Assembly: GCA_002898235.1 (NCBI GenBank)
Contig: BEIL01000001.1
Location: 125,041 to 189,040 of the forward strand
Source of the DNA: a bacterium HR35
Lineage (GTDB): Bacteria > Patescibacteriota > Minisyncoccia > UBA6257 > HR35
Length of the DNA: 64,000 nt
Reading direction: 5' to 3'
Part shown: positions 19,247 to 28,272 of the stretch, in pieces
How positions within the stretch are numbered: the first letter of the stretch is position 1
Layout of the letters: each line of letters opens with the position of its first letter
Notes under the pieces: model-generated
Databases searched by the model: none
Told to the model about the DNA's origin: nothing
What the model saw: only the letters and a program-made list of their open reading frames with translations
Position numbers and translations under genes: made by a program

Positions 19247-21705
19247 TGAATAGCTTTAATTATTTTCTTTTTGGATTTTTAACTGGTTTAGGTTGCTTTA
19301 TTATTTTATTAACTTTTTGGTTTTTAAGAAAAATAAGGGAAAGAAAAAAAATAAATTTGTCTTTTAATTATGTTTTACTTTTAGTCGAAATTCCCAATTA
19401 TTCTTTAGTTCAGTTTACTTCTCAAGAACCTAAATTGAAAATAATTGAGGAAATTAGCAATTTCGAAAATTTTTTGGCTACTTTAACTAAAGTAAAAAAC
19501 CCGGTTATTTTTGAAGTAGCTCTTCCTCATGTTGGTGAAGAAATATTTTTCTTTGTAGCTGTTTCTCGTAAAGATTTGGAGTATGTTAAAAAGATGATTA
19601 AATCTTTCTGGCCAGGGTCAGAAACAATTATTTATCGAACAGATTACAATGTCTTCAATCCTGATGGTTATTCTTTAGCTACTTTAATTAAACTTAAAAA
19701 CCATTATTACCTTCCTTTAAAAACTTATCAGCAAATTGCCCAAAGTAATATCGATCCTTTTGATGCTTTTTTGGGTGCTTATAATAAACTCTCTCGAGTT
19801 GGTGAAGGCTTAGCTTATCAATTAATTCTTCAACCGGTTTCTTCTTCAGTTAATAAATCGATTTTTGAAAAAGTTAAAGCTTTAAGAGAAGGCAAAAAAT
19901 TAGAAGAAGTAATGCAAGGAAGTGGTTGGGGCGATGTTTTTAAAAAAACTGTAGGAGAATTTTTTTCTCCTCAAGCAATTACCGAAACTCTAATTATGCC
20001 TGAAAAAACGAAGAAAGAAAAAGAAGAAGAATTAAAACCAAAACCGATTGAAGAAATTACAATTAAACTCCTAGAACAAAAAGCTACTAAACCTTTGTTT
20101 AAAGTAAATATTAGATTAATAGCTTCTTCTTTTGATGAACTTAGTGCGGAAAGAATTTTAACCTCTCTCGAAAGTGCTTTTCTTCAATTTAATAACCCAC
20201 CTTTTAATGAAATAAATTTAATCAAACCTAAGAAAAATAAATTAAAAAAGATTTTTTATGAATTTGCTTTTAGATTATTTAATGAAAAAGAGGCTGTTAT
20301 TTTAAATACCGAAGAAATTGCTTCAATTTTCCACTTCCCTATTTCCTACAATAAAAATCCTTTAATTCACTGGCTTAAAGCTCGTTCAGCTCCACCGCCT
20401 CCTAATTTACCTCGAGAAGGTATAATTTTAGGAAAAAATAATTATGAAGGCTTAGAAGTTTTTGTCAGAATAAAAAGAGATGACCGCCGCCGTCATATGT
20501 ATGTTATTGGACAAACAGGAACTGGTAAAACTACTTTGCTTAAAAATATGATAGAACAAGATATTAAAAATGGTGAAGGTGTTTGTTTTATTGATCCTCA
20601 CGGAGATGTTGCTCAAGAAATATTAGGTTTAATCCCTAAAGAAAGAATAGATGACGTTGTCTATTTTAATCCTCCAGATACTAAGCAACCTATTGGTTTT
20701 AACATTTTAGAATACGATAAAAATAGGCCTGAGGATAAAACAAGAATTATCAATATGATAATAGAAATTATTGGAAAAATTTATAATCTTGAAATGACCG
20801 GTGGTCCATTATTTGAACAATATCTTCGCAATTCCCTACTTCTTTTGATGGATAACCCTGATTGGGGACATACTCTTCTTGATGTTTCTCGTGTTTTTGT
20901 TGATGAAGGATTTAGAGAAGATTTGCTTTCAAAATGTAAAAACTATCCAGTAGTTGAATTTTGGCGCGAACAAGCTACTCGGGCTCAAAGAGAATTATCT
21001 TTAGACGAAATGATTACCTGGGTTACTTCTAAGCTTAATCCTTTTACTACTAATGACTATATTCGACCAATAATTTGCCAGCCAAAATCAACTATTGATT
21101 TTAGAGATATTATGGACAATAAAAAAATCTTTATCGCTAACCTGCCTAAAGGAGTTTTAGGAGAAACAAGTGCTTATATTATGGGGATGCTTTTGATTAC
21201 TAAAATCCTGATTGCTGCTTTTGCTCGAGGAGAAATTCCTGAAAGTGAAAGAAAAGACTTTTATCTTTATATTGATGAGTTTCAAAATTTTGCTTTTAAG
21301 GGAGTAGCTTCAATTTTAGCTGAAGCTCGTAAATATAGATTAAATATGATTTTTGCTCATCAATACATTAAACAAGTACCAGAAGATATTATTAATGCTG
21401 TTTTTGGTAACGTAGGAACAATCATATCTTTTCGAGTTGGTCCAGAAGATGCTGAATTTTTAGAAAGAAAATTTGCTCCTGTCTTTAGTAAATTTGATTT
21501 TGTTAATTTACCTAACTACCATGCTTATATCAGTCTCTTAATCGATGGTTATCCTTCAAAACCTTTTAGTTTACAAACAATTCCTCCTAATAAACCCAAT
21601 CTTCAACAAATTGATTTAATTGCTGAATTAAGTAGAGTGAAGTATGGAACTCCTAAAGAAGAAATTGAAAAATTCTTAGAAACTAAATATGGTTACGTTA
21701 TTTAA
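19246..21705 (+). CDS. Membrane-anchored P-loop NTPase of the FtsK/HerA/VirB4/VirD4 (TraG/TraD-like) superfamily
   Basis: N-terminal TM helix, a ~400-aa N-terminal domain, Walker A VIGQTGTGKTTLL, the block GEGVCFIDPHGD, and a Walker B/TraG-D_C-like segment FYLYIDEFQNFA ... FAHQYIKQVPEDI. Confidence 0.65.
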   Translation: MNSFNYFLFGFLTGLGCFIILLTFWFLRKIRERKKINLSFNYVLLLVEIPNYSLVQFTSQEPKLKIIEEISNFENFLATLTKVKNPVIFEVALPHVGEEIFFFVAVSRKDLEYVKKMIKSFWPGSETIIYRTDYNVFNPDGYSLATLIKLKNHYYLPLKTYQQIAQSNIDPFDAFLGAYNKLSRVGEGLAYQLILQPVSSSVNKSIFEKVKALREGKKLEEVMQGSGWGDVFKKTVGEFFSPQAITETLIMPEKTKKEKEEELKPKPIEEITIKLLEQKATKPLFKVNIRLIASSFDELSAERILTSLESAFLQFNNPPFNEINLIKPKKNKLKKIFYEFAFRLFNEKEAVILNTEEIASIFHFPISYNKNPLIHWLKARSAPPPPNLPREGIILGKNNYEGLEVFVRIKRDDRRRHMYVIGQTGTGKTTLLKNMIEQDIKNGEGVCFIDPHGDVAQEILGLIPKERIDDVVYFNPPDTKQPIGFNILEYDKNRPEDKTRIINMIIEIIGKIYNLEMTGGPLFEQYLRNSLLLLMDNPDWGHTLLDVSRVFVDEGFREDLLSKCKNYPVVEFWREQATRAQRELSLDEMITWVTSKLNPFTTNDYIRPIICQPKSTIDFRDIMDNKKIFIANLPKGVLGETSAYIMGMLLITKILIAAFARGEIPESERKDFYLYIDEFQNFAFKGVASILAEARKYRLNMIFAHQYIKQVPEDIINAVFGNVGTIISFRVGPEDAEFLERKFAPVFSKFDFVNLPNYHAYISLLIDGYPSKPFSLQTIPPNKPNLQQIDLIAELSRVKYGTPKEEIEKFLETKYGYVI

Positions 21706-22690
21706 TCTATTGCAATTTTTAATTCTCTTCTTTTTATTAGGAGCTATTATTTATCTCTATAAAGAAATAAGAGAGATAAAAAAGAAAGAGAAAGAAGATT
21801 TAAATTTAGAAGATAAGCTTCTTAATTTTTTTCAAAATTTAGAGACTGGTATTTTTGAAAAATTTAATTTGCTTAAAGATGAATTAAATAAAAGATTTTT
21901 TGAAACAATTGAGAGAGAGCAAAAATTTTTAGAAACGAGCACTCGCTTGGAGGAATTAGCTAAAAATTTAAGTTTAAGTTTAGAGGAAACTAAAGAAATT
22001 AAAGATATTTTAAGCGGACCTAAGGAAAGAGGCTTCTTCGGAGAAATTATGGTCGAAGAAATTTTAAAAAATCTGCCTAATTCTTATTATGAAAAACAAT
22101 ATCGCCTAGGATTTGATCAGGTAGATTATGTTTTGAAGTTTAATGATAAGTTGATTCCCATTGATGCTAAATTTCCGTATCAAAAATTAAAAGAAATTAA
22201 CGATAAAAGTCAGTTAAAAAAAGAAATTATCAATAATCTCAAATTAAAAATAGAGTCTGTTTCTCGAAAATATATTCAACCTTACAAAAATACAGTTGAT
22301 TTCGCTATTATTTATTTAGCCAATGAAGGTCTTTATTATGAAATCTTAAGCGATAAAACCTATGATGAGATTTGGGAATTCGCTAAAGAAAAATCAGTAG
22401 TTTTAACTTCTCCCAAGACTTTCGAAATATTAGTCTCTTCCCTACTCTTAGCTTTTAAAAAGCAAGAGATAGCTCAAAATTTAACTTATCTTTTAGAAGA
22501 GATTTCTCAAATTGAAAAAGATCTTAGATACTTAGAAGAATCATTTGAAAAAGCTTTTAATCAATTAAATAATGGAATAAAAAATTTGCATGAGTTTTCT
22601 CGAAACTTAATTAAATTGTCTGCTTCTTTAAGAAATATTTTGCAATTTAAAACTAAAGATCTTAAAATAAAAGAAAGGTCGTTAATTTAA
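21689..22690 (+). CDS. rmuC: RmuC family protein (DNA recombination protein RmuC; putative PD-(D/E)xK nuclease)
   Basis: N-terminal TM helix and a long coiled-coil, then the RmuC core KERGFFGEIMVEEILKN...VDYVLKFNDKLIPIDAKFPYQ (the RGxxGE ... PD-V..lP.....IDAK pattern). Overlaps the upstream ATPase gene by 17 nt. Confidence 0.7.
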   Translation: MVTLFNLLQFLILFFLLGAIIYLYKEIREIKKKEKEDLNLEDKLLNFFQNLETGIFEKFNLLKDELNKRFFETIEREQKFLETSTRLEELAKNLSLSLEETKEIKDILSGPKERGFFGEIMVEEILKNLPNSYYEKQYRLGFDQVDYVLKFNDKLIPIDAKFPYQKLKEINDKSQLKKEIINNLKLKIESVSRKYIQPYKNTVDFAIIYLANEGLYYEILSDKTYDEIWEFAKEKSVVLTSPKTFEILVSSLLLAFKKQEIAQNLTYLLEEISQIEKDLRYLEESFEKAFNQLNNGIKNLHEFSRNLIKLSASLRNILQFKTKDLKIKERSLI

Positions 22691-22710
22691 CACCACTGAT
22701 TTGCGCGGAT

Positions 22711-22786
22711 AATATAAATCCGTGTAAATCCGTAATGAATAATCTATCCGTGTTAATCTGTTCTAAATCCGTGTAAATCCGTGGTT
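22711..22786. promoter_or_regulatory. Array of ATCCGTG-type heptamer repeats upstream of gap, including a perfect 19-bp direct repeat TAAATCCGTGTAAATCCGT at 22715-22733 and 22764-22782; candidate operator or promoter region
   Basis: Seen directly: six copies of (T/A)AATC(C/T)GT(G/A) within 75 bp, locally GC-enriched relative to flanks, ending 10 bp before the gap ATG. Confidence 0.5.
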
Positions 22787-22792
22787 TAAAAA

Positions 22793-23809
22793 ATGCGTGT
22801 AGCAATAAATGGATTCGGTAGAATTGGGAGAATATTTTTTCGTCAAGCTTTTGGTAAAGAAAATTTTGAGATAGTCGCTATTAATGATTTATCTGACACT
22901 GAAAATTTAGCTTATTTATTAAAATACGATACTGTTTATGGTCGTTATAATAAATCAGTTGAAGTTAAAGATGGAAAATTGATTGTTGATGGTAAAGAAA
23001 TTTTAATCTTAAAAGAAACTGATCCTTTAAAACTTCCTTGGAAAGATTTAAATATTGATGTTGTTGTTGAATCAACTGGTGTTTTTACTGAATTTGAAAA
23101 AGCTAAAGCTCATTTAACTGCTGGAGCCAAAAGAGTTGTTATTACTGCACCAACAAAAGATGAGATTACTCCTCATTTTACTCCTGGTTTAGAAGATTTA
23201 GGTAAAATTTATTCTTTGGGTGAACAAGGATTAATTACTTCTAATGCTTCATGCACAACTAATTCAGTTAATCCAGTAATTGCTATTTTAAATAAAAGAA
23301 TTGGGGTTAAAAAAGCAATTTTAACAACAATTCATGCTTATACAAATACTCAAACAATTGTCGATAGCGTTGTTAAGGGGCATGATTTTCGTCGCGGTCG
23401 AGCTGGAGCCCAAAATATTATTCCTTCAACAACAGGTGCAGCTGAAGCAACTGCCAGAGTCATTCCTGAAATGAAAGGAAAATTTGATGGAATTTCAATA
23501 AGAGTTCCGGTTGTCACTGTTTCCTTATCTGATATTACAATGCTGACAGAAAGACCTACATCAGTTGAAGAAATAAATAATATTTTTAAAGAAGAAGCAA
23601 ATTCACCACAATGGAAAGAGGTTATCAAAGTAGTTGAAGATCCAGTTGTTTCAAGTGATATTATTGGTGAGCCATATGGTGCTGTTATTGATCTTACTCT
23701 AACAAAAGTTGTTGATGGTGATTTAGTTAAAGTTTTTTCTTGGTATGATAATGAATGGGGCTATTGTGCAATGTTAGTTAAACATATAGAAAAATTATTT
23801 TCTCTGTAA
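22793..23809 (+). CDS. gap: Glyceraldehyde-3-phosphate dehydrogenase
   Basis: MRVAINGFGRIGR NAD-binding N-terminus and active-site ASCTTN. 338 aa. Confidence 0.95.
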   Translation: MRVAINGFGRIGRIFFRQAFGKENFEIVAINDLSDTENLAYLLKYDTVYGRYNKSVEVKDGKLIVDGKEILILKETDPLKLPWKDLNIDVVVESTGVFTEFEKAKAHLTAGAKRVVITAPTKDEITPHFTPGLEDLGKIYSLGEQGLITSNASCTTNSVNPVIAILNKRIGVKKAILTTIHAYTNTQTIVDSVVKGHDFRRGRAGAQNIIPSTTGAAEATARVIPEMKGKFDGISIRVPVVTVSLSDITMLTERPTSVEEINNIFKEEANSPQWKEVIKVVEDPVVSSDIIGEPYGAVIDLTLTKVVDGDLVKVFSWYDNEWGYCAMLVKHIEKLFSL

Positions 23810-24394
23810 ATATTGTCTTAATAACTCTCTTATTCTTTCGATTAATTCTTCAACCTCAACTGGAGCTTTTTTTTCTAAAGAAACAACTCTTTTAGCAACT
23901 AATTTTTGGCCATCCCATGACCCGAAAACCTTCACTACTGTTCCTGTAGCAATATCAAAAGTAGTAGGAGCTGTTTGAGTAGAAAAAACTAGTCTTGGGA
24001 AAATAATTACTTGAGTATCAGTAGCTACTGTCCAATCAAACTTAAGGCCTTGAGAATTAACAGTTAAAACATTATTTTGATTTTGTTCAACAACTCCTTG
24101 CTGAACAGCATGACCAGTAGGATTAAGTAAGAAAAAGCTAGCTTTTGGATATTCAGCAATTTCTTTTCTAACAAAATCATCTAAGCTCTTGAATGGACCA
24201 AGCTGTTCTTCTGAAAATACTGGCAACTTTCGTTCACCTTTTTCTGGCTTATATTTAAATTCAAAAGTTTCCTCTTCATTTACCTCAACAGATTTGCCTT
24301 CTTCATTTTCATTCTCTTGAGCCTTAACTAAAGCAAAGCTAAAAATTAAGCCGACTGTGAGTATAAAAATTAATAGTAAAACAAATTTTTTCAT
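23795..24394 (-). CDS. Hypothetical secreted protein, last gene of the pilus gene run
   Basis: Signal peptide MKKFVLLLIFILTVGLIFSFALVKA. No recognisable domain. Confidence 0.4.
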   Translation of the reverse strand: MKKFVLLLIFILTVGLIFSFALVKAQENENEEGKSVEVNEEETFEFKYKPEKGERKLPVFSEEQLGPFKSLDDFVRKEIAEYPKASFFLLNPTGHAVQQGVVEQNQNNVLTVNSQGLKFDWTVATDTQVIIFPRLVFSTQTAPTTFDIATGTVVKVFGSWDGQKLVAKRVVSLEKKAPVEVEELIERIRELLRQYLQRK

Positions 24395-24430
24395 TTAATT
24401 ATTATCTGATTAACGGCCGGCTTTTTTATT

Positions 24431-24892
24431 CTATCTTTGAGTACAAATTGTTTCATTAAGTTCTGCATTAGGAGCACAAACAGAAATTCTTCCTGTTGAG
24501 GTATTATAGAATAAAGTATAACCAGTACTAAGAGAAGAAGTTGGCAATGAAGGATCGATAGGAAGTCTAGGAAGATAATTAGGAACTAAACAAGAAAGAT
24601 TAATCTCCGTTGTAGCAGTTTCTGAAGTGGCGACAATTGTAGTTGTTACCATAGGAGGCAAAGAGGTTGAGTAATAAGTACTTCCTGGACAACTCCATCT
24701 TCCTTGATTATCAGTCATTACTTGTAAAATACCGCTTAAAATTGCATTGACATCAGTTGTTCTTTGAGTATTTCGAGCTTTAGCAAATTGTCGACCAGGG
24801 TTAATAGCGACGATAACTGCACCAGCTAAAAGAACAATAATTCCGATTACAAGCAAAATTTCTATTAAGGTAAAAGCTTTTTTAGAGCTCAT
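24431..24892 (-). CDS. Type IV pilin (major pilin candidate)
   Basis: Class III signal and N-methylation region SSKKA-FTLIEILLVIGIIVLLAGAVIVAI (conserved Glu5, hydrophobic alpha1), a 153-aa protein and a C-terminal Cys pair. Confidence 0.85.
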   Translation of the reverse strand: MSSKKAFTLIEILLVIGIIVLLAGAVIVAINPGRQFAKARNTQRTTDVNAILSGILQVMTDNQGRWSCPGSTYYSTSLPPMVTTTIVATSETATTEINLSCLVPNYLPRLPIDPSLPTSSLSTGYTLFYNTSTGRISVCAPNAELNETICTQR

Positions 24893-24989
24893 TTTGATTT
24901 TTTAATTATTTTTAATTTTGACCGACCATTTTTATTTCTTAATTTTAACTCAAAGAATTTTTAAAAAAAAAATAAAATTTGTGAAAAAG

Positions 24990-26453
24990 TTAGTATTCTT
25001 TCCATTTGAAAATGCTATAAAATTCAGAAGCTAAAGGAAAATAAGGCGGTGGAAAATAAAGATTGTTAGCATTATAAATTAATTCCCTTGATAGATAACC
25101 TGAAGTATAATTTCCCAAACTATCTACCCAACTAAATCCATATCTTTTTCGAGTTATAATACTTCCATAAATAGTAATTTTTGTTCTTTTATATTCTGGA
25201 CCACAATTTGAATTATAATAATATCTCCCAACTCTGCCATTTTGAGCGATTAAAACAGCATCGATCCGTAAATCATCCTCGCTTTTTAAACCAACATTAA
25301 TATTCCTTTGAGCAATTAAACCGATTGAATCTTGCCCATTATAATTTGTATAAAGAAGGTCATTATTAATAATAATATTAGTCATTTGAGCAGAATTTTC
25401 TGGAAATTTAGCTGAGGCGATTGTTATTTTTTTATTATTCACTCTCCCACTTACCCAAACATTATCCTCAACAAAAATAACCCCATTAGAAGGATAATTA
25501 TAGGTACCTATAAATTGTTTTGTTTTAATACTCCAGGTACTATGTTTATAACGACTATTATTGCCATAACCTTCATTCATATCATAAATTACACAACCTT
25601 GAGGCTGAGAAACAATATCGGTAACTTTATAAACATCAAAATTATTTTCTTTAAGAACTAACTCATAACCATAATTATTGTTTCCTGAAAATCCTAAGTA
25701 AATACCATTAGAAATAGCTAAGTTTTTTAAAGTAGATAAATCAGCACTTAAGCCAACAAAATCTAATAGCGATGCTCCTACCTCTCTTCCTGCTTTAAAA
25801 ACATCAGGCCTTAAAGGAATAGTACTCGGATCAGGATTATTGGGATCAGGACAAGGATCCTGAGGAGAAATATGGGTATGAACTGCCCATTCTTTGCAAC
25901 CTGAATGATCAGGATCAAAATAGGTCAATAAAGAACTTTTAACCAAATTATAGGCTAAGCCATCAAACCTTATACCTTTATTTGAATGAACCTCTCCATA
26001 AACTACTGTTCCTTCTCCAAATCTAATATTATCATCAACAGCTACCGAAAATTTAGCTACCGATGGTCTTCCTAAAATAGTTTCAACTGTTTTTTTAATA
26101 TTCGAAGAAATTAATTTTCCTGTTGACTTAATATTAACCAAAGAAAAACCTTCTAATGGTGGATTTATTTCTAAAACAAATTCCCCTATTTTTTCTCCAG
26201 CTCGATTGTAAAAATTATGAATATATGGTCCTGGTTGATTGGTGCCATCTGTAAAATCTCGAGGAAAATGGTTTAAATACCAACGATAATATTCTATTCC
26301 TGATTCAGCTATATTTAAAGCTACTATTTTTTGAATTTCTCTATTAACCGAAGAAAGATAAAAATTAATCCAAACCAAAGATCCGGTAAAAATAAAAACC
26401 GTCAAAAAAAGATAAAAAAGAACATAAAAAAGTATTTGACTTTTGGCTTTCAT
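24990..26453 (-). CDS. Hypothetical membrane-anchored protein in the pilus operon (possible pilus-associated or minor component)
   Basis: N-terminal TM helix and operon context. No prepilin cleavage motif. Confidence 0.4.
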   Translation of the reverse strand: MKAKSQILFYVLFYLFLTVFIFTGSLVWINFYLSSVNREIQKIVALNIAESGIEYYRWYLNHFPRDFTDGTNQPGPYIHNFYNRAGEKIGEFVLEINPPLEGFSLVNIKSTGKLISSNIKKTVETILGRPSVAKFSVAVDDNIRFGEGTVVYGEVHSNKGIRFDGLAYNLVKSSLLTYFDPDHSGCKEWAVHTHISPQDPCPDPNNPDPSTIPLRPDVFKAGREVGASLLDFVGLSADLSTLKNLAISNGIYLGFSGNNNYGYELVLKENNFDVYKVTDIVSQPQGCVIYDMNEGYGNNSRYKHSTWSIKTKQFIGTYNYPSNGVIFVEDNVWVSGRVNNKKITIASAKFPENSAQMTNIIINNDLLYTNYNGQDSIGLIAQRNINVGLKSEDDLRIDAVLIAQNGRVGRYYYNSNCGPEYKRTKITIYGSIITRKRYGFSWVDSLGNYTSGYLSRELIYNANNLYFPPPYFPLASEFYSIFKWKEY

Positions 26454-27013
26454 TTGGTAATTAAATTTCTCGGGCTAATAAAGATATAATCTTCCCAAGT
26501 GTTTCCTTTAGTATCGATTTTTACTTTTAAATTTACTTTTATTACTTTTATTTTAGCAATATCCAAAGTTTCATTCAAATTTTCATCATAAAAAGAGAAA
26601 ATTTTTTGATTAGGAATTAAATTCTTAACTAAAACTTGGATTTTTTCTTGATTGAGATTATAATTCAATGGATTACCATTAGGAAAAACTATTCCTCTTT
26701 TTAGCTCCTCCCCATCCAAAAAATATCTTACTCTTTCAACTAAACCATCATTATTAACATCACTATAAAAAATAATGCTTGTTGATGAAACTAACTCTAA
26801 AGGATAATGTCCAACATTTGAATCCTCAGCTGATTTTAATTCTTTTTTTAATTGACTTAAGGCTAAATTAACATCGCTATAACTTCCAAGTCCAAAAACT
26901 AAATATATATTAGCATTCGAAATATTAATAATGAAAAGCAAAAAAACAAAAAGAATAAAAGAGATAATTAACATAAAGAAAGTAAGTTCAATTAAAGTAA
27001 GAGCTTTTTTCAT
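26450..27013 (-). CDS. Pseudopilin / minor pilin (prepilin-type N-terminus)
   Basis: MKKA-LTLIELTFFMLIISFILF prepilin-like N-terminus with the conserved Glu. Confidence 0.6.
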   Translation of the reverse strand: MKKALTLIELTFFMLIISFILFVFLLFIINISNANIYLVFGLGSYSDVNLALSQLKKELKSAEDSNVGHYPLELVSSTSIIFYSDVNNDGLVERVRYFLDGEELKRGIVFPNGNPLNYNLNQEKIQVLVKNLIPNQKIFSFYDENLNETLDIAKIKVIKVNLKVKIDTKGNTWEDYIFISPRNLITK

Positions 27014-28272
27014 CTGAATTTCTTAAAGATTAAAAAAGAAAGAATTCCTCCCAAAATTATAATTAAAATTCTAGAAAAATTAGATTGGAAAAATTTTAAG
27101 GGTAAATTTATTTGAAGATTATTAGAAGTTGTTGACAAATTTACCGAAGCTGAAGTTGAGATTTCTGAATCGGTTGGTTTTAAAAATTTATTAAGAGAGG
27201 TGGTTTGAAACAATTCTTTATTTTTTGATGTTTCTAAAGAGCTTGGGGGTAAATTAGTGGATTTTCTTTGTAAGTTTTTAGAAGTTAAATTAGAAGAGGT
27301 TGAGATTGAAGAAGTTTTATTTTGAAATGGAGAGTAATTTTCTTTTTTTAGCAATTGAGGAGTTTCTTCTTTTTTATTATTCTCTTCTAAATTTTTCGAG
27401 GGAGAATTTTGAGATGAAGTAGAATTTTCTGTTTCGAAAGTTTTGAAAAGCGGAGTCTCAAATGTTCCTTGACTTTCGGTTTTATTTTCCCAATAATCTT
27501 TTACTTCTAAAAGATAGGAATAATTTTTTCCTGGATCAGTCCTAATAACTAAATCACATTTTTTCAAATTAACTGGGCAAGTGTTAAAATAATCAATTTT
27601 CACCTCTGTTGATGGTTCACCAAAAGCATTATAAACTAATTTGTATTTTACTGGTTCATCGGCATAAAAAGAAATTCTTGTTTGATTTTCACTCAAGAAT
27701 TCAATTTGAAGCTCAGAAATAACGGGGGGTAGATTTTCTTTACCTTCATAGAGAGCTAGTTTTAAAATTTTATCAGATGGTTCATCATTAATTAATAACT
27801 CTCTAACTCCTTCAAAAACATAACTTTTTTCTTCTGTTCCTTGGAGAAGGTTTTGATTATAGAAAAAATATAAATTAAGGTTGCTTCTTTGAAGAGGTTG
27901 GATGATAATTAAATACTTTTCGCCAGAATTTATTCTTAAATTATTTCCTAAAGGAAAAAAGTATTCAGTTCCCCAATTATTTTCAGAAACAACCGGGATG
28001 GTAAAATTTTTTTCAAAAATTACTAAACCATTTTTATCCTCAATTTTTAAATTAATTTCAGTTTCTTGAGGATTATCAATCCATAAACTAAGACCACTTA
28101 AAAAATCATTTACTGGAATTATAGGTTGGGTTATTTTTTTAGTTCCTAGACGAAATTTATTCGAAGTTAAAGGAAAAATCTCATAAAATTTATTTACTTC
28201 TTGGCTAAAAACAAAAACTGAAAAAAATAAACTAAGGAGTAAGAATAACTTTTTCATGATAAAATTCTTCAT
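27010..28272 (-). CDS. Hypothetical cell-surface protein with Ser/Thr-rich stalk and C-terminal TM anchor
   Basis: Signal peptide, a ~270-aa globular region, an S/T/N-rich low-complexity stalk and a C-terminal hydrophobic anchor ILIIILGGILSFLIFKKFR. Confidence 0.4.
   Translation of the reverse strand: MKNFIMKKLFLLLSLFFSVFVFSQEVNKFYEIFPLTSNKFRLGTKKITQPIIPVNDFLSGLSLWIDNPQETEINLKIEDKNGLVIFEKNFTIPVVSENNWGTEYFFPLGNNLRINSGEKYLIIIQPLQRSNLNLYFFYNQNLLQGTEEKSYVFEGVRELLINDEPSDKILKLALYEGKENLPPVISELQIEFLSENQTRISFYADEPVKYKLVYNAFGEPSTEVKIDYFNTCPVNLKKCDLVIRTDPGKNYSYLLEVKDYWENKTESQGTFETPLFKTFETENSTSSQNSPSKNLEENNKKEETPQLLKKENYSPFQNKTSSISTSSNLTSKNLQRKSTNLPPSSLETSKNKELFQTTSLNKFLKPTDSEISTSASVNLSTTSNNLQINLPLKFFQSNFSRILIIILGGILSFLIFKKFR

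Noticed and set aside
22711-22786. Possible CRISPR array suggested by the short direct repeats
   Set aside because: There are only two perfect 19-bp copies plus degenerate heptamers and no regular repeat-spacer periodicity of 25-40 bp units. No cas genes are present anywhere in the window.
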